Shown one piece after another: positions 26,701 to 38,559 of a stretch of 61,543 nt of DNA. Origin of the DNA: Rotaria socialis (Eukaryota); the NCBI GenBank assembly GCA_905331295.1, contig CAJNYD010000549.1, positions 124,001-185,543 on the forward strand. The letters run 5' to 3'. The notes below the pieces were generated by a model. The model was not told the DNA's origin. It did no database searches and saw nothing but the letters and a program-made list of their open reading frames with translations. How positions within the stretch are numbered: position 1 is the first letter of the stretch; every line of letters begins with the position of its first letter. A program made the position numbers and the translations under genes.

Positions 26701-29700
26701 AAAGTTTGTCAAAGAAAAGAATTAAAATTTTCAAAAAAACCCATTTCCTTGAAATTTCCTTTAGGAATCGGTTACATTCGATCCATTTACATCGATCTCT
26801 GTACCATTACCAAAATATGTATCAGTGGATACAATTGTTATATTTCAAAATATTGAAAAGCCACCAACTAAAGTTTGCTTTATTCTGTTAAAAAGCAAAT
26901 TTCATTATAAACTCTAACTAATTTAGTATCGTGTTGTTATGTCTTCCGATGGTTCGATCGGAGATTTAAAACGACGTGTATCAAGTAAATGTGGTTTACC
27001 AATTACTAAAGTTGTTTGATAAATCTCTATTCTTTTTCTTTGTGACAAATCGAATATGTATTTAGATGTTAGCATATAAAATGCAAAATAATCATTCGAT
27101 AGAATTTCTTAAAGATACGGACCAAGTTCCAACAAACAACTATTCATGGAATAGTTTTGATATGACATGCATGTGAGTTCATTTTTTTTGTTTCGTTGAG
27201 AAATGCACTGGCTGTTTTCGTATCTCATGGTTATAATATTATTCTTGTAGAACTGAAACATTGACAAGTGCTGAATGTAATGATGAGAAAATGATTTCGT
27301 TAACATTTTATCAACGCGTCTTTAAAGCACCTGATTATATATCGTCATGTGGTTATTGCCAAGCACCACCGAAACCGGATAGTTCACCGGTTTTTTGTAA
27401 TCATTGTTATCGAGTAGCGTATTGTGATGAGTGAGTTGATTATTTTATGTTTCGCTACATTGATTGTTATTTTAAATAGAGACTGTCTAAAATTTAATGA
27501 AAACGATCATAAAGATTTTTGTGAGTTTCGTGCGTCGGACAATTATGAAACTGTGGGTCTTCCATTCATTGTTTCATTACCGGAATCGAAATTAACATGT
27601 AAAAATGTATTTGAACAAATAAATATTAATGCTAAGTAAGTTATAAAATAAAATGATTTAAAGTACAAGTATTTCTCCTCTTTTTTTTTCTTCTAAAGAC
27701 GAAGTGTAGAAGTTGATATCGAACATTCAAAATCAATTCGACGATCATCTGTATTCAATAATGGTTTTAGTGGTAACGATGATGAGGATGATGATGATGA
27801 TGATGATAGGTAAATTAAATTGATCTTTATTTAGTAGGCTTTCATTTCAAATACCGCTGCGCTCTCCATATTAAAAGATCCCCTTTAATTAATTAATTTT
27901 TTGCTAATTACGAACTTTAATTAGCATTTTCCCATCGAAATATGCCTGATTCTTAGCATTTTAAGCTGAAAATATTAAGAGAACGTGTTCACAATTATAA
28001 TGACACCCTTAAAATCCTGAAAATTGTCGTAGTTTTCTGAAAAACCTTTTCAATTAAATATTAGGAAAAAATGCGGTTCTTAATACAAGATCCGCCAGGA
28101 AAATTTTTACGCTGGAACATAATAGAAGACTCGGGGTCTTGTATTGTGGGGGGGGGGGAGAGTTAAGCAGCACTATAAAAACAAAAATATCTTTATGCAA
28201 ACAAGTGTGTATTTCTAGAAGAAAAAAATTGACTTCTTTTTCTATCGCATTAATTCATCATTGAGGATCGAATATGCGACTCAAATGTTCTTGATTTCTC
28301 AAGTTATTTTCATAACAATGAGATGCATCTTGAAGTAATGCTTGCCATAAAAACGAGGTTGGACACCAGCTGTATAACAAAAAAAAACGAATAAATGGCT
28401 CCTGGTGTGACAGAAGTCCTTGATAACGAAACAATAGTAAGCTTAAGTTATTAAGAAATGAATTTTAAACACAGATTTGATCTTCTATTGAGGATTTTAT
28501 TTTTCCGAAGGGTACAAATGTAGATAGACTATCGATTACATAGTAGATATGACAGCATTATCGATTGTTCTTGATGAAAATATCTTTCAATTTTAGCTTT
28601 AGTGATATTGAAAATACCGATTGGACAACAATAAAAAGTCGACTTTCAACATCTGATTCATGGTCTATAGTTCGTATCGGTGATTATTTTGTTAAAAAGA
28701 ATACAAACAAAAAGAGTTCAAAACAAAAAATTGACGCAAGAGAAAATATTGTTGATGATACATCAACAAATAATAATAATAATAATGAGCAAGAGCCAAT
28801 GGTTACAAGCCATGATAATGTTAGTAACACGGAGAATTTTGATATGCTTGATGATATATGTACTCCTCCTCAACCATTATATCGTATAATGCCTCAAACA
28901 ACGAATGATATGAAGAATAATTTTCAGTCAATTATTGAGCCTGGTTAGTGAATGATTAATTAAGCGAACAATGAAATAAAATCTTCTTTTTGTTTTTTCT
29001 TTGCTATATTAGGTGATGATGCAGAGAAAATTTTACGTTCTCATACTTCGTTTTCCATTGATTGGTTTACAGAAAATAAAAGAGAATCAGCATTTCGTGT
29101 AACATCATCCATGCATCGTAGTGGAATAAACGGCCTGGTTGACGATGAGAGTGTTTCTAATGCATTTTCTAGAGGTTTTTCGGGAAAATTTCCTTTTTCT
29201 TATAACTAAAGAATTTTCGTTTTTGAAGATCAAGATGTGACACTTCAACAATGTCTTCAACTATTTATTGAACCTGAAGTTTTAGGGCCCGATGATAAAT
29301 GGTATTGTCCACATTGTAAAGAACATATTCAAGCTGAAAAGAAAATGTCCGTTTGGCGTTTACCACCAATATTAATCATACATCTCAAGCGATTCAAATA
29401 TAGTCATTGTTCTTCATTAGGTTATATGTCAAGTTCCCGCGAAAAAATTGATACAACAATTAAATTTCCAATTCGGTACGTTCAATGGAAACAAAAAGAG
29501 AGAAAAACTCTAAAATCTATCTTTTTAGTGATCTTAATATGGCGCCATATTGTTCATCAATATCTGCAGACAATCAGCAGCATGAAGCTTTATCGCGATT
29601 TCGTTATGATCTTTATGGAGTTATAAATCATTGCGGTTCGGCTTGGTTTGGCCATTATACATCTAATGCAAGACTTTTGGCATTTAATGATTCAGCAAAA

Positions 29701-29924
29701 ACTGAAATTGGTAAACAATAATAAATATTTCGAAAATGAAAGAACACTATTTTCATATAGGTTGGCGTCTTTTTAATGATCAATCTGTGTCATCGTTTGC
29801 AAACGACAAAGATCTTATTCGATCCGATGCTTATGTTCTCTTTTACAGACATCGTAATTTGCCAGTTCAATTTACTTTACAAGAACAATTACAACGTGCT
29901 TTATCTGAATCACTCGCTACTTAG
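23793..29924 (+). CDS. USP19: USP19-like deubiquitinase: two CS/p23-like domains + USP domain with MYND zinc-finger insertion, multi-exon
   Basis: Cys box [24 protein letters not shown] (~25860-25930), QHDAQELL...[26 protein letters not shown]-like CGYC...[10 protein letters not shown]...C...[26 protein letters not shown]...[17 protein letters not shown]. The start codon is tentative. Confidence 0.85.
24723..25068. mobile_element. 346-bp foldback MITE, CCCAA...CGGG ends, TA duplication (possibly CMC/EnSpm-type)
   Basis: Left arm CCCAAGCAGAAAAACTTT...ACGCGTTTACACACTCAATCGGGAA pairs with right arm TTCCCGATTGAGTGTGTAAACGCG...TCTGCTCGGG over about 150 bp; TA at 24721-22 and 25069-70. Confidence 0.9.
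27852..28176. mobile_element. Possible old degenerate MITE in a USP19 intron
   Basis: Imperfect inverted ends (GCTGC..CTCTCC..AAGATCCCC vs GGGGTCTTG..GGAGAG..GCAGC) within an unusually long intron; no clean TSD. Confidence 0.3.
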
Positions 29925-31520
29925 AAAAACAAAACAAAAAAACTTTCCATCACAACCAATGTTTTATATAGGCGTTAATATATGAATAATCTTTCGTTTC
30001 ATTCTTTCTACTCAAGATTTTGAACTAACTGTGATTTTTTTGTATTTGTTTATTTTTGATATCAAAATAACTTGCGTGTGTTTTACTTCCATTTATATTT
30101 TCGTTTGTAAAAAAAAAAAAACATTGTAAACTTACCAAGAAAAACAAAATATTATTTTCTTGACAATTCTCTTTGTTAAAAGTAAGCGAAGGTAAATTAT
30201 TGTATTTAGACTATTTTAAGCTAACTGAAACCACTATTAAAAGAAAGCAAGAAAAAACGTGCCTCATTTTATTTACTAAATCTTTTTAAAGAAAATAAAT
30301 AATAACCGCATTTATTTTCTCTTAACAATGAATCATGCCATCTGTGGTGATTGATATTAGCATTGTTTTAATATTCACGATACATCTGTTGATCTGTATA
30401 ATAAGAAACAAACTCCATGAAGTGAAACATATTGTTCTCGAAAAATCTCAAACCTATTAAAAATGATGAATTATAGAAATGTTATGATTATGTCACGCTA
30501 GAAAACGAAAAAAACAGAAAAATAGACATACATGTCATCGTTTAATGATATTTTTGACAAACGATAGAAAAACAAAAAATTATCAAAGAAAGAAAATGTG
30601 GGCAGAGAAAACGAAGAGAAAAATGACTCCCATTATAAAATATACTGTCTCATAGTCGAAAAAGTCATTGAGTCACTTACTTTGTTTCTACTTGTGAATG
30701 TTCGGTATACATGTGTGAAAAGAAAAAGGGTAAAAAGAGGAATTGGGCTCATTTTTCTTTTTGCCGCGATTTTACTTATTTATCTTTTCCGACGACTGAC
30801 TCATATTATGACTAAGGTCTCTGCTTGAGTGAAATACAATCTCTTACTCACAATAACCAATTCGCCCACATAGTTCTCTCTGTTTTTACCCATCAATAAA
30901 TATGTATGTATATTTATATCGATGCATGCATACCACCAACTATTGTCAATGAAAAACATACTTCACTGTCAACGATGTCTTCATGCACATACAGCTGATG
31001 TATGACTGCTTATGATTAATGGTATAGGATCCTATCCTAATTTAGAACATTTTACACTATTAGACATGAGAAAGATTGTATTTTTTACCATCATTCATGT
31101 AAAACAGATACATTGCATACCCCGTCGGTAAGACGTTTTCGTTAATTTCTTTTTTTTTTGACTTGTTTCTTCATTGAAAAGAAAAATGGAGAGAAAAAAG
31201 ATAATATCTGATGAATAATCAATCATAAACTAGATGAGTTTGCATACCTATATAAATGTTGCTAATTGAGTAACAGGCAACCAGTGATAGAATCAATCTA
31301 TCGTTACCGTCATATCATTATTATGATTTTTTATTTTTACCTATATTTATTCGATAAGAAAAAATAGGCAAGGACACATATTAAACACACGTACCTTTGC
31401 CTATATATGTGCGTTTATGCATACGCACATACATGTATATATATATATATATATGCATATGAGTGATACACAAAAAGATATTTGTCTTTTTTAGATTTCG
31501 ATTTAAGAAAAAAAAAGAAT

Positions 31521-33616
31521 ATGTCATCACAACGTTATACTGAAACAAGAACAGTTCGTGAAGAAAATCGGCCTGGTAACAATGGATACGGTATACCCAT
31601 AAATTCACGAATCAATGTACCCATTGAGTATTCGGCCGATAAACCTCATGAAGAACGTGTACAAGAACTTATTCGTCAACGCAATACAAATGTGCAATGG
31701 GTAAATGATTCTTCCACTGGAGCCGAAAAGTTTCGAGTTACTATAAATATAGAAGGATTTCATCAAAACGAGGTACGTCAATATTATCGATTTTACCTAG
31801 ATATAATGTTTTTTTCTTACTTTAATGAATAGGTCAATATGCGTGTTGATGGTAATAAGCTTGTTGTTTATGGTGAACATATCGTGAATCAAAATCAAGT
31901 AAGTACGAGAAAATGAAAAAATAATTACTTTCATAGAATTCTTGATGTTCTTGTTTTTGCCTAAATATATTTTTTATAGAGTACAGAAAAAAAAATCATT
32001 GAAAAATCCTATGAATTACCTCGCGACATTGATATACACAGGTAAAATTATCTAAAATTAAACTCGGTCAATAGTTTTATTAAAGGTACTTCAATTTTTA
32101 GCCCACAGGTAACATATCCAACGGCGATAACAATGCAAATTGATTTTCCTTCGCGTCATTCAAATGTTATCATTGATGATGGTCGTTTATCCAGGAAACT
32201 CGTATCCGATTATGATACGTCTTATCGTGCACCACTAGGATTTTCTCAAGAGAAAAGCTCAAGTGAATATACATCCACTAGAAAAATTGGCGGTGGTAGC
32301 GGTGTAGGCGGCCTTGTTAGTGGTGGTTATCCGCGAAGTCCAAGTAAAACTAATATTTGAAATATATTGATAGAAAATTAATAAAAACAATTAATTTAGA
32401 TCCACGTATTTATTCTTCCTATGAAAGATTATTTGACAATGCCACTAGTGGTCTTGATAAAACATATTCATCGGATAATTATTATTCAGCAAGAAAAAGT
32501 CAAAGTCCAGCACGTCGTGGACTTTCCGATTCGACAACCGATTCATTCAATACATCAACGAACCCAACATATACATATCGTGTAGCAGGAGATGATATTC
32601 AACCAAGAACAACATTTGCATCGACATCCCGTGGCAATAATAGTAATGTTATTGAGAAAACATTCAGTGAAACACATCGTGAAACTCATCATCGACGCTC
32701 AAGTCCAACAACAGGTGTACAGTCATCACATGAAGTTGAACATAAACGTTCGGGCAGCCCATCACTAGCCAAAACTCTCGATGACGATCGGTTCCGAACC
32801 AATTTCGCCATTGGTGGTAGCACCATAATACCATCAAAATCATTAAATGAATTTGAACGTCATCGCTCGGGCAGCACATCAATAAGCAAAACTCTCGATG
32901 ACGATCGGTTTCGAACCAATCTTACCATTGGTGGTAGCAGCATAACACCACCAAAATCATTAAATGAATTTGAACGTCATCGCTCGGACAGTACATCAAT
33001 AGGCAAAACTCTCGATGACGACCGGTTTCGAACCAATCTTACCATTGGTGGTGGCAACATAGCCCCACCAAGATCATTAAATGAATTTGAACGTCGTCGC
33101 TCGAACAGCACATCAATAAGCAAAACTCTCGACGAAGATCGTTTTCGAACCAATCTTACCATTGGTGGTAGCAGCATAGCACCACCAAGATCATCACGTA
33201 ATGTTGAAGTACGTGAATATTCACGACGTGTTGGCGGTGGTACAAACAATAATGATTATAATTTCATTAATGATCAACCATCATTATTTACGCAAGATTT
33301 CAATTCAGACGCATTTTATCGAAGCGCTTTTCAACCACAAGTATTTACTGATGATCGTGGCCACAATCGTGTTGAAATGAAACTTGATGTACAAAATTAC
33401 GAGCCCAATGAAATAAAAGTATCAGTTAGTGGCAATGATCTTATCGTTAGAGCTGAACACAATGTTGAACGACCACCGACATCGTCAACACGATCTTCTT
33501 TTTTTAAACAAATAACCTTACCACCAAATACTGATTTAGGTAGTATATCATCACAATATCGTCCCGATGGCAAACTTCATATTACAGCAACCTTACCCAA
33601 TGAAAAGCTTCCATAG
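31521..33616 (+). CDS. Small heat-shock protein with two alpha-crystallin (HSP20) domains separated by a long Ser/Arg-rich repeat linker, 5 exons
   Basis: ACD1 across exons: KFRVTINIEGFHQNEVNMRVDGNKLVVYGEH...IEKSYELPRDID; ACD2: VEMKLDVQNYEPNEIKVSVSGNDLIVRAEH...FFKQITLPPNTDLGSISSQYRPDGKLHITATLP. Confidence 0.85.
32738..33195 (+). repeat. Coding tandem repeat, about 4 x 117 bp (39 aa)
   Basis: AAAACTCTCGA recurs at 117-nt spacing; unit ERHRSxSTSISKTLDDDRFRTNLTIGGSSIxPPKSLNEF. Confidence 0.95.
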
Positions 33617-34310
33617 GATAGAATAAAATTTTGTTTCCTTTTATCCTGTATTCATTTTTGGAATAAGTCGTTTTTTTTTCCTTTAATTTAAATAAATATA
33701 CATAATTTTCAATCGCTATTCAAAGACTTTACTCTTAGAAATATAAATGATCTTCTTCGTGGGTGTTCGGTTATGAGGAACAGGTTTTTTTTCCCGAGAG
33801 AAGTACACAATGCACTATAAAGATATTTTAAATAAATGGGGGTTTACTGTAACAGTCATTAAGCTTAAAATAGAACATAAATTACACGAGTAATATCGCA
33901 TTAATGAAATATAAATAGAACAAATTGTCGAGTAGCTATTTGCATCAATGAATAGTGTGCCATCGTCGTTTTATGCTTTTTTTTATTTTAAACGATAAAA
34001 TCATATGCTAACTAAAACGTAAAAACAAATCATACATTAATAGAAAATTAGTGTGTTGTGATTCTCTCTTTTTAATTCGAACTTAAGGTTTTGATATGAA
34101 TCGATTTTTATATTTATCAAAAATGTCTGTTTCATACTTATTGATTCATAATAGTCAAACTTCTAATTTGAATTTTTACATGATTCTTGTTTTCATGTTT
34201 CTGGATCAACACTATTATCAAAATAAATTGTACAATGACATTAATAAACTACTTTTTTGATAAAAACAAAATGATCATTTACAAGAAAGTAGAGTTAAGT
34301 TGTTTGACTC

Positions 34311-35063
34311 GGTTGGCCGTAGAAAGGCCGAAAGGAAAAATATCGAAAGGGAAAATACCGAAAGAAAAACACCGAAAGAAAAATATCGAAAGGGAAAAAT
34401 GTCGAATGGATAAATGTCGAAGAGAAAAATGTCGAAAAGGAAAAATGTCGAAAGAAAAATATCGAAAAGGAAAAATGTCGAAAACAGAAAAGATAAAAAA
34501 AGCGACGTCTACTAAATGAAGGTTCTAATAGTTTGTTGTTCATTGTTGTTGATCTGATTATTCCATTGGTTTGACAATGATAACCCTTGATACTATTGAT
34601 AAGTAATATCTTATGAAAACTAGCTAAAATAGGCGTAAAATAGTATACAACGATTAAAATTTTATCATGATGACTACAGCTTGCTCATTTTTATCTGGTG
34701 AGAATCATCCGCCAACTCCAGTTATTTCATTTATTCAGTCGTAAAAAGGAAAACCTTTCCTTGTATCAGATAAATATATTTTCAAACTGAATACAACAGC
34801 AACAACTAGTAAATATTGGATATGTGTATTTTTCTTTATAACTCTTATTTATCTATGATCTATGCTATGATGCTATTATGATTTCAAGAATAAAAACATC
34901 TTAGTGCAAATTTTCGATATTTTTCCCTTTCGATATTTTTTCTTTCGATATTTTTCCTTCGACATTTTTCTTTCGACATTTTTCCTTCGGTCATTTTCGA
35001 TATTTTTCCTTTCGATATTTTTCCCTTTCGACATTTTTCCTTTCGGTCTTTCTACGGCACACC
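34311..35063 (+). mobile_element. Mutator/MULE (Phantom-like foldback) deletion derivative with FLYWCH remnant
   Basis: TIRs GGTTGGCCGTAGAAAGGCCGAAAGG / CCTTTCGGTCTTTCTACGGCACACC built from ~15-bp GGAAAAATATCGAAA subrepeats; 8-bp TSD TTTGACTC (34303-34310 and 35064-35071); internal 34667-34830 reads VISFIQS*KGKPFLVSDKYIFKLN...KYWIC, the first half of a FLYWCH domain. Confidence 0.88.
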
Positions 35064-36194
35064 TTTGACTCTAGCTTAAAAAACGTAATTTCGAACTCCC
35101 GAACAAGAAGACCACTGGTCAAAATCAGTTTCAACATTCTTCGCTGATGCTTTAGTCCTATTAGTTGAATACAATTATAAATTAAGGAATAACCTTGTCG
35201 CTCGAATATGCATAGATTTTCTTTAATTTATTAAGTCATAGTACTTGATTTTCATTTTATTCTTACTTTCAATCTTTGACAATTAACATATTTGTTTCGT
35301 TGCATTTTTTAGAAGAGCATCTATTAAACGAATATTTATCAGTTCTATTCTATTTAATGAAAAACAAAATCATTACGAAAGCATTCTTTATCAATAAACG
35401 AGAAGAACTAACATTTATAAATATATTTGATTAGTATTTTCCTCTATATCCATATAAATTATAATCAAATATTGAATTAAACGTCACAGACCTTAAAATT
35501 TCAATTTATAAAATCAACGAAATCTATTTGCTATAGAATTTATTTTGTACTGTAAAAGTGCAATTGAATATAACGTAATAAAATTGTACTTACAGAAGTC
35601 AAGTACTAAATAATAGGAAATATCTACAGTTGATTGTTAAGATCTCAGCATCAATCGCCCCTGCGATATTCTTCATGTTTGTATCAATTTGATGGCATTC
35701 TGTTTTTGAATTGTTTATCATTCAAAACTCGTTGAATATATAACATATGAGAAAGTAAAATCTGGATGAAATATTCGATTAATTAATTGGTTTCAATTCT
35801 CTCCGTATGTGCATTTACAGGTAGAGTTCGATAAATTGTTCCTGAAAAAAATGAAGCTGTGCAATGTACGACAGAAATATTTAGTTAACAGAACTTCCTT
35901 TAGAATCTGATAACGTCAATGTAAGATTGTCAACTTACAAGAAATGAATAAAACTCAGACAACAATGATTCATCAAGCTGCAATTTTTGTGAATTCCGAA
36001 AAAAAGATTCCATTTTTTACCCTTTCTTTCATCGTTAGAAAGACTTCAGCGCGCAGTAAATATTTGTTTTTCTTCTTTTACTTAAAAATATTGTTGTATA
36101 CAGGTAAAGTTGTTTCAACGAGTTTTGATAAAAAAAAGCGTAACAAAGAAAGTTTGATTTGGCGAAATTTGTTTAAAGACCCAATTCAATTTCA

Positions 36195-37520
36195 ATGGTG
36201 TCAACTAGCGTTGATAATAATCCATGTTCAATATGTGGTGTCAGAAGATGGGTACTTCCATGCGACGGCTGCCATCGATTGTTTTGTTTCAAACATGTAT
36301 CCGATCATCGAGCCGACCTTACAAAACAACTGGATACCATCCAAAATCAGTATGATAATTTAAAACTTATTTATAATCAACATGAGAAATATCAAGAACA
36401 TCCATTATTTTCCTTTATCGATGTATGGGAGCAGGATAGTATAGCTAAAATTCAACAAACCGCTGAAAAGGCTCGCGAGGAACTCCGGAAAGTACACGAT
36501 GAAGCCAACGATCAAATGAAAGCTGCGCTTAAGCATTTCAATGAACAAATGAATATTGGACGTCAAAAGGATGATTATACAGAAAGAGAACTTGATGAAT
36601 GGAAAGAACAATTAATAAACATCAGAAAACAATTAGAAACCCCGTGTGATATTGAGTTAGTATCAGATAATACCGTAGCTCCAATACATATGATTAAGAT
36701 CAATACGACAAAACCGAAATTATTGCTTGAAAATGCCCCAATTTCCCAAAACACGCCACCAGATGAAGAAACAAGCAATATCCAATGTCCCAATGATAAC
36801 GATGAGGAAATTACTAAGCAACAATCAGCTATCATTGATGTTACTGAGATACCTGTCGTAGAATGTATAGTTCGTTTTTGTATAAATTTCTTATAGACAC
36901 AATTTGTATTTATAGCTTCCGAATCGACTGAACCAAGTGCTATATCGAAAGTTGAAACTCAGATAACTCTTAATTCGTCCACTATGTCCTTGATTGAATC
37001 GGATCGTCTACTTGATCCAACTAAAAAGCACGATCTTTTGTTTCTTAAGCTTACATCTGAAATTCATTCTGAATTACCGCAAATTCTGAGTCAATTAACT
37101 GATCATCATTTACATATATTCCATCAAAGAGATGATTTTCTGAATCAATTAAAATTTTGCGAACAAGCAATAATTTTTATTGATGTTTCGGATATACCAT
37201 TGGATGAACGAAACTATTTATTAGACAGTATTTCAGAAGTCGATGATGTGTATTATCTATATATTCGTGGTTGTCCATCGGATGATGATGATGAACGTTG
37301 CTATTTTTTTCGACGATATCCAAAGATAAAAGCAATGTTTGAAAACGAACAACGTCTTATGGTTCAATGGGCAATAGATACAGCAAATGAATATAAAACT
37401 ATGGGTGATGTGTACCTAGAAAATGGTGATAAGGAAAATGGACGTAAATGCTTTGAGCAAGGTATTGCATTGTATAAAAGTTTATCGGTTTTTTTCAATG
37501 AAAAACGACGCATTCGATAA
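36195..37520 (+). CDS. B-box-like zinc finger + coiled coil + C-terminal alpha/beta domain with TPR-like helical hairpin, 2 exons
   Basis: CSIC...CDGCHRLFCFKHVSDHR then coiled coil; intron 36865-36915 joins it in frame to ORF 36984-37520. Confidence 0.75.
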
Positions 37521-37570
37521 AATAAAAATAATACTAACTTACTAATATTAGATTTTTGAATTTTAGATAA

Positions 37571-38053
37571 ATGTCAGTTATTAGCACTTCTCTACTTGTT
37601 CTTCTTGATCCTCAAGAGGAACATAAAAATTTCGAAATAATATTTGATTCGCATGTATTTTGTCGATTTACAAATAAAACTAAATGCTTAAAACATGTTT
37701 CATCTCGTCTTACAAATATTCGTCTCTTACATTTTTTTATACCAAAATGTGAACATCTAGTTATGGAAAACGGTCCCCATTTTTACAATACAATATATTA
37801 TATTTATTGTGTTGATGGAGCAAGTATTAAGGAAATGAAACAACAATACGATTATCCGATGTTTGTTAAAGTTTTCCATGTTGAATGTTTAGCAACGTAT
37901 TTACGTCAAGCAGCTATTTCGCATTTAATTGAACAAGCTGAACGTCGAAAGCATGAACCTGACGAACACGAACTTGCATTACAAGCAGCAGCTGAATTTT
38001 CCGATGCATTAGCCAATAAACTGTCCGAATATATGATTGAAAAAACTTGTTAA
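37571..38053 (+). CDS. Uncharacterised 160-aa alpha/beta protein, single exon
   Basis: Intact ORF with globular composition (LLVLLD...F....C...FFIP...YYIYC...KVF) in AT-rich DNA; splice acceptor 4 nt before the ATG; AATAAA downstream. Confidence 0.65.
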   Translation: MSVISTSLLVLLDPQEEHKNFEIIFDSHVFCRFTNKTKCLKHVSSRLTNIRLLHFFIPKCEHLVMENGPHFYNTIYYIYCVDGASIKEMKQQYDYPMFVKVFHVECLATYLRQAAISHLIEQAERRKHEPDEHELALQAAAEFSDALANKLSEYMIEKTC

Positions 38054-38283
38054 CCGACAAGTGATAATTAATAAATAGTATTGATATGTTAGATTTGTAC
38101 GTGCAGACTATTTATATAAATGTATATGTCTGCCATTACTCTGTTAATTATTCTGCTAAATAGCCTGATGTTTTCACAAATAAAAAAAAACAGTCTTTTA
38201 ACGGCGTAATTTTAAGTTTTAGAAGAACAACACTCTCCAGCCTTCACGCCAAATATACGAGGAAGAAATAAAAGCATTTATTT

Positions 38284-38559
38284 CCCAGGCCGAACATTCC
38301 GGCCACGGGATCCCATAGAATACTCCAGGAAATATGCAGGAAAACACGGGAAATCGCTGGTACATGGAAGCAGTATTCCGGTCAAAAATCCAACCGAACT
38401 TTTCCGGCGGATTCCTGCCAAGTTCCGGTGCTTTCCGTCAGGAATTGATCGGAAATCACCGGAAAAAATCCGAAAATTTTCCAACCGGAATACTGCTTCC
38501 ATAAAATAAACGGAACCACTCGGAACCAGCCGCTTCCAGGCCGGACTGTTCGACCTGGG
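38284..38559. mobile_element. 276-bp GC-rich MITE with CCCAG...CTGGG ends (CMC/EnSpm-like)
   Basis: TIR CCCAGGCCGAACATTCCGGCC / GGCCGGACTGTTCGACCTGGG; inner IR ATGGAAGCAGTATTCCGGT / ACCGGAATACTGCTTCCAT; TTT on both flanks. Confidence 0.88.

Noticed and set aside
30128..30141. AACTTACCAAGA resembling the bdelloid spliced leader as I recall it
   Set aside because: Only about 12 nt match, with no following GT donor or recognisable SL RNA structure; expected by chance.
34330..34490. Periodic ~15-bp repeats resembling a CRISPR array or iterons
   Set aside because: No unique spacers; mirrored at 34910-35050 as the other TIR; eukaryotic context.
34187..34543. Lys-rich and Phe-rich ORFs on both strands
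   Set aside because: Translations of MULE TIR subrepeats.
38278..38502. 74-aa minus-strand ORF
   Set aside because: Lies within a GC-rich MITE, which has few stops by composition.
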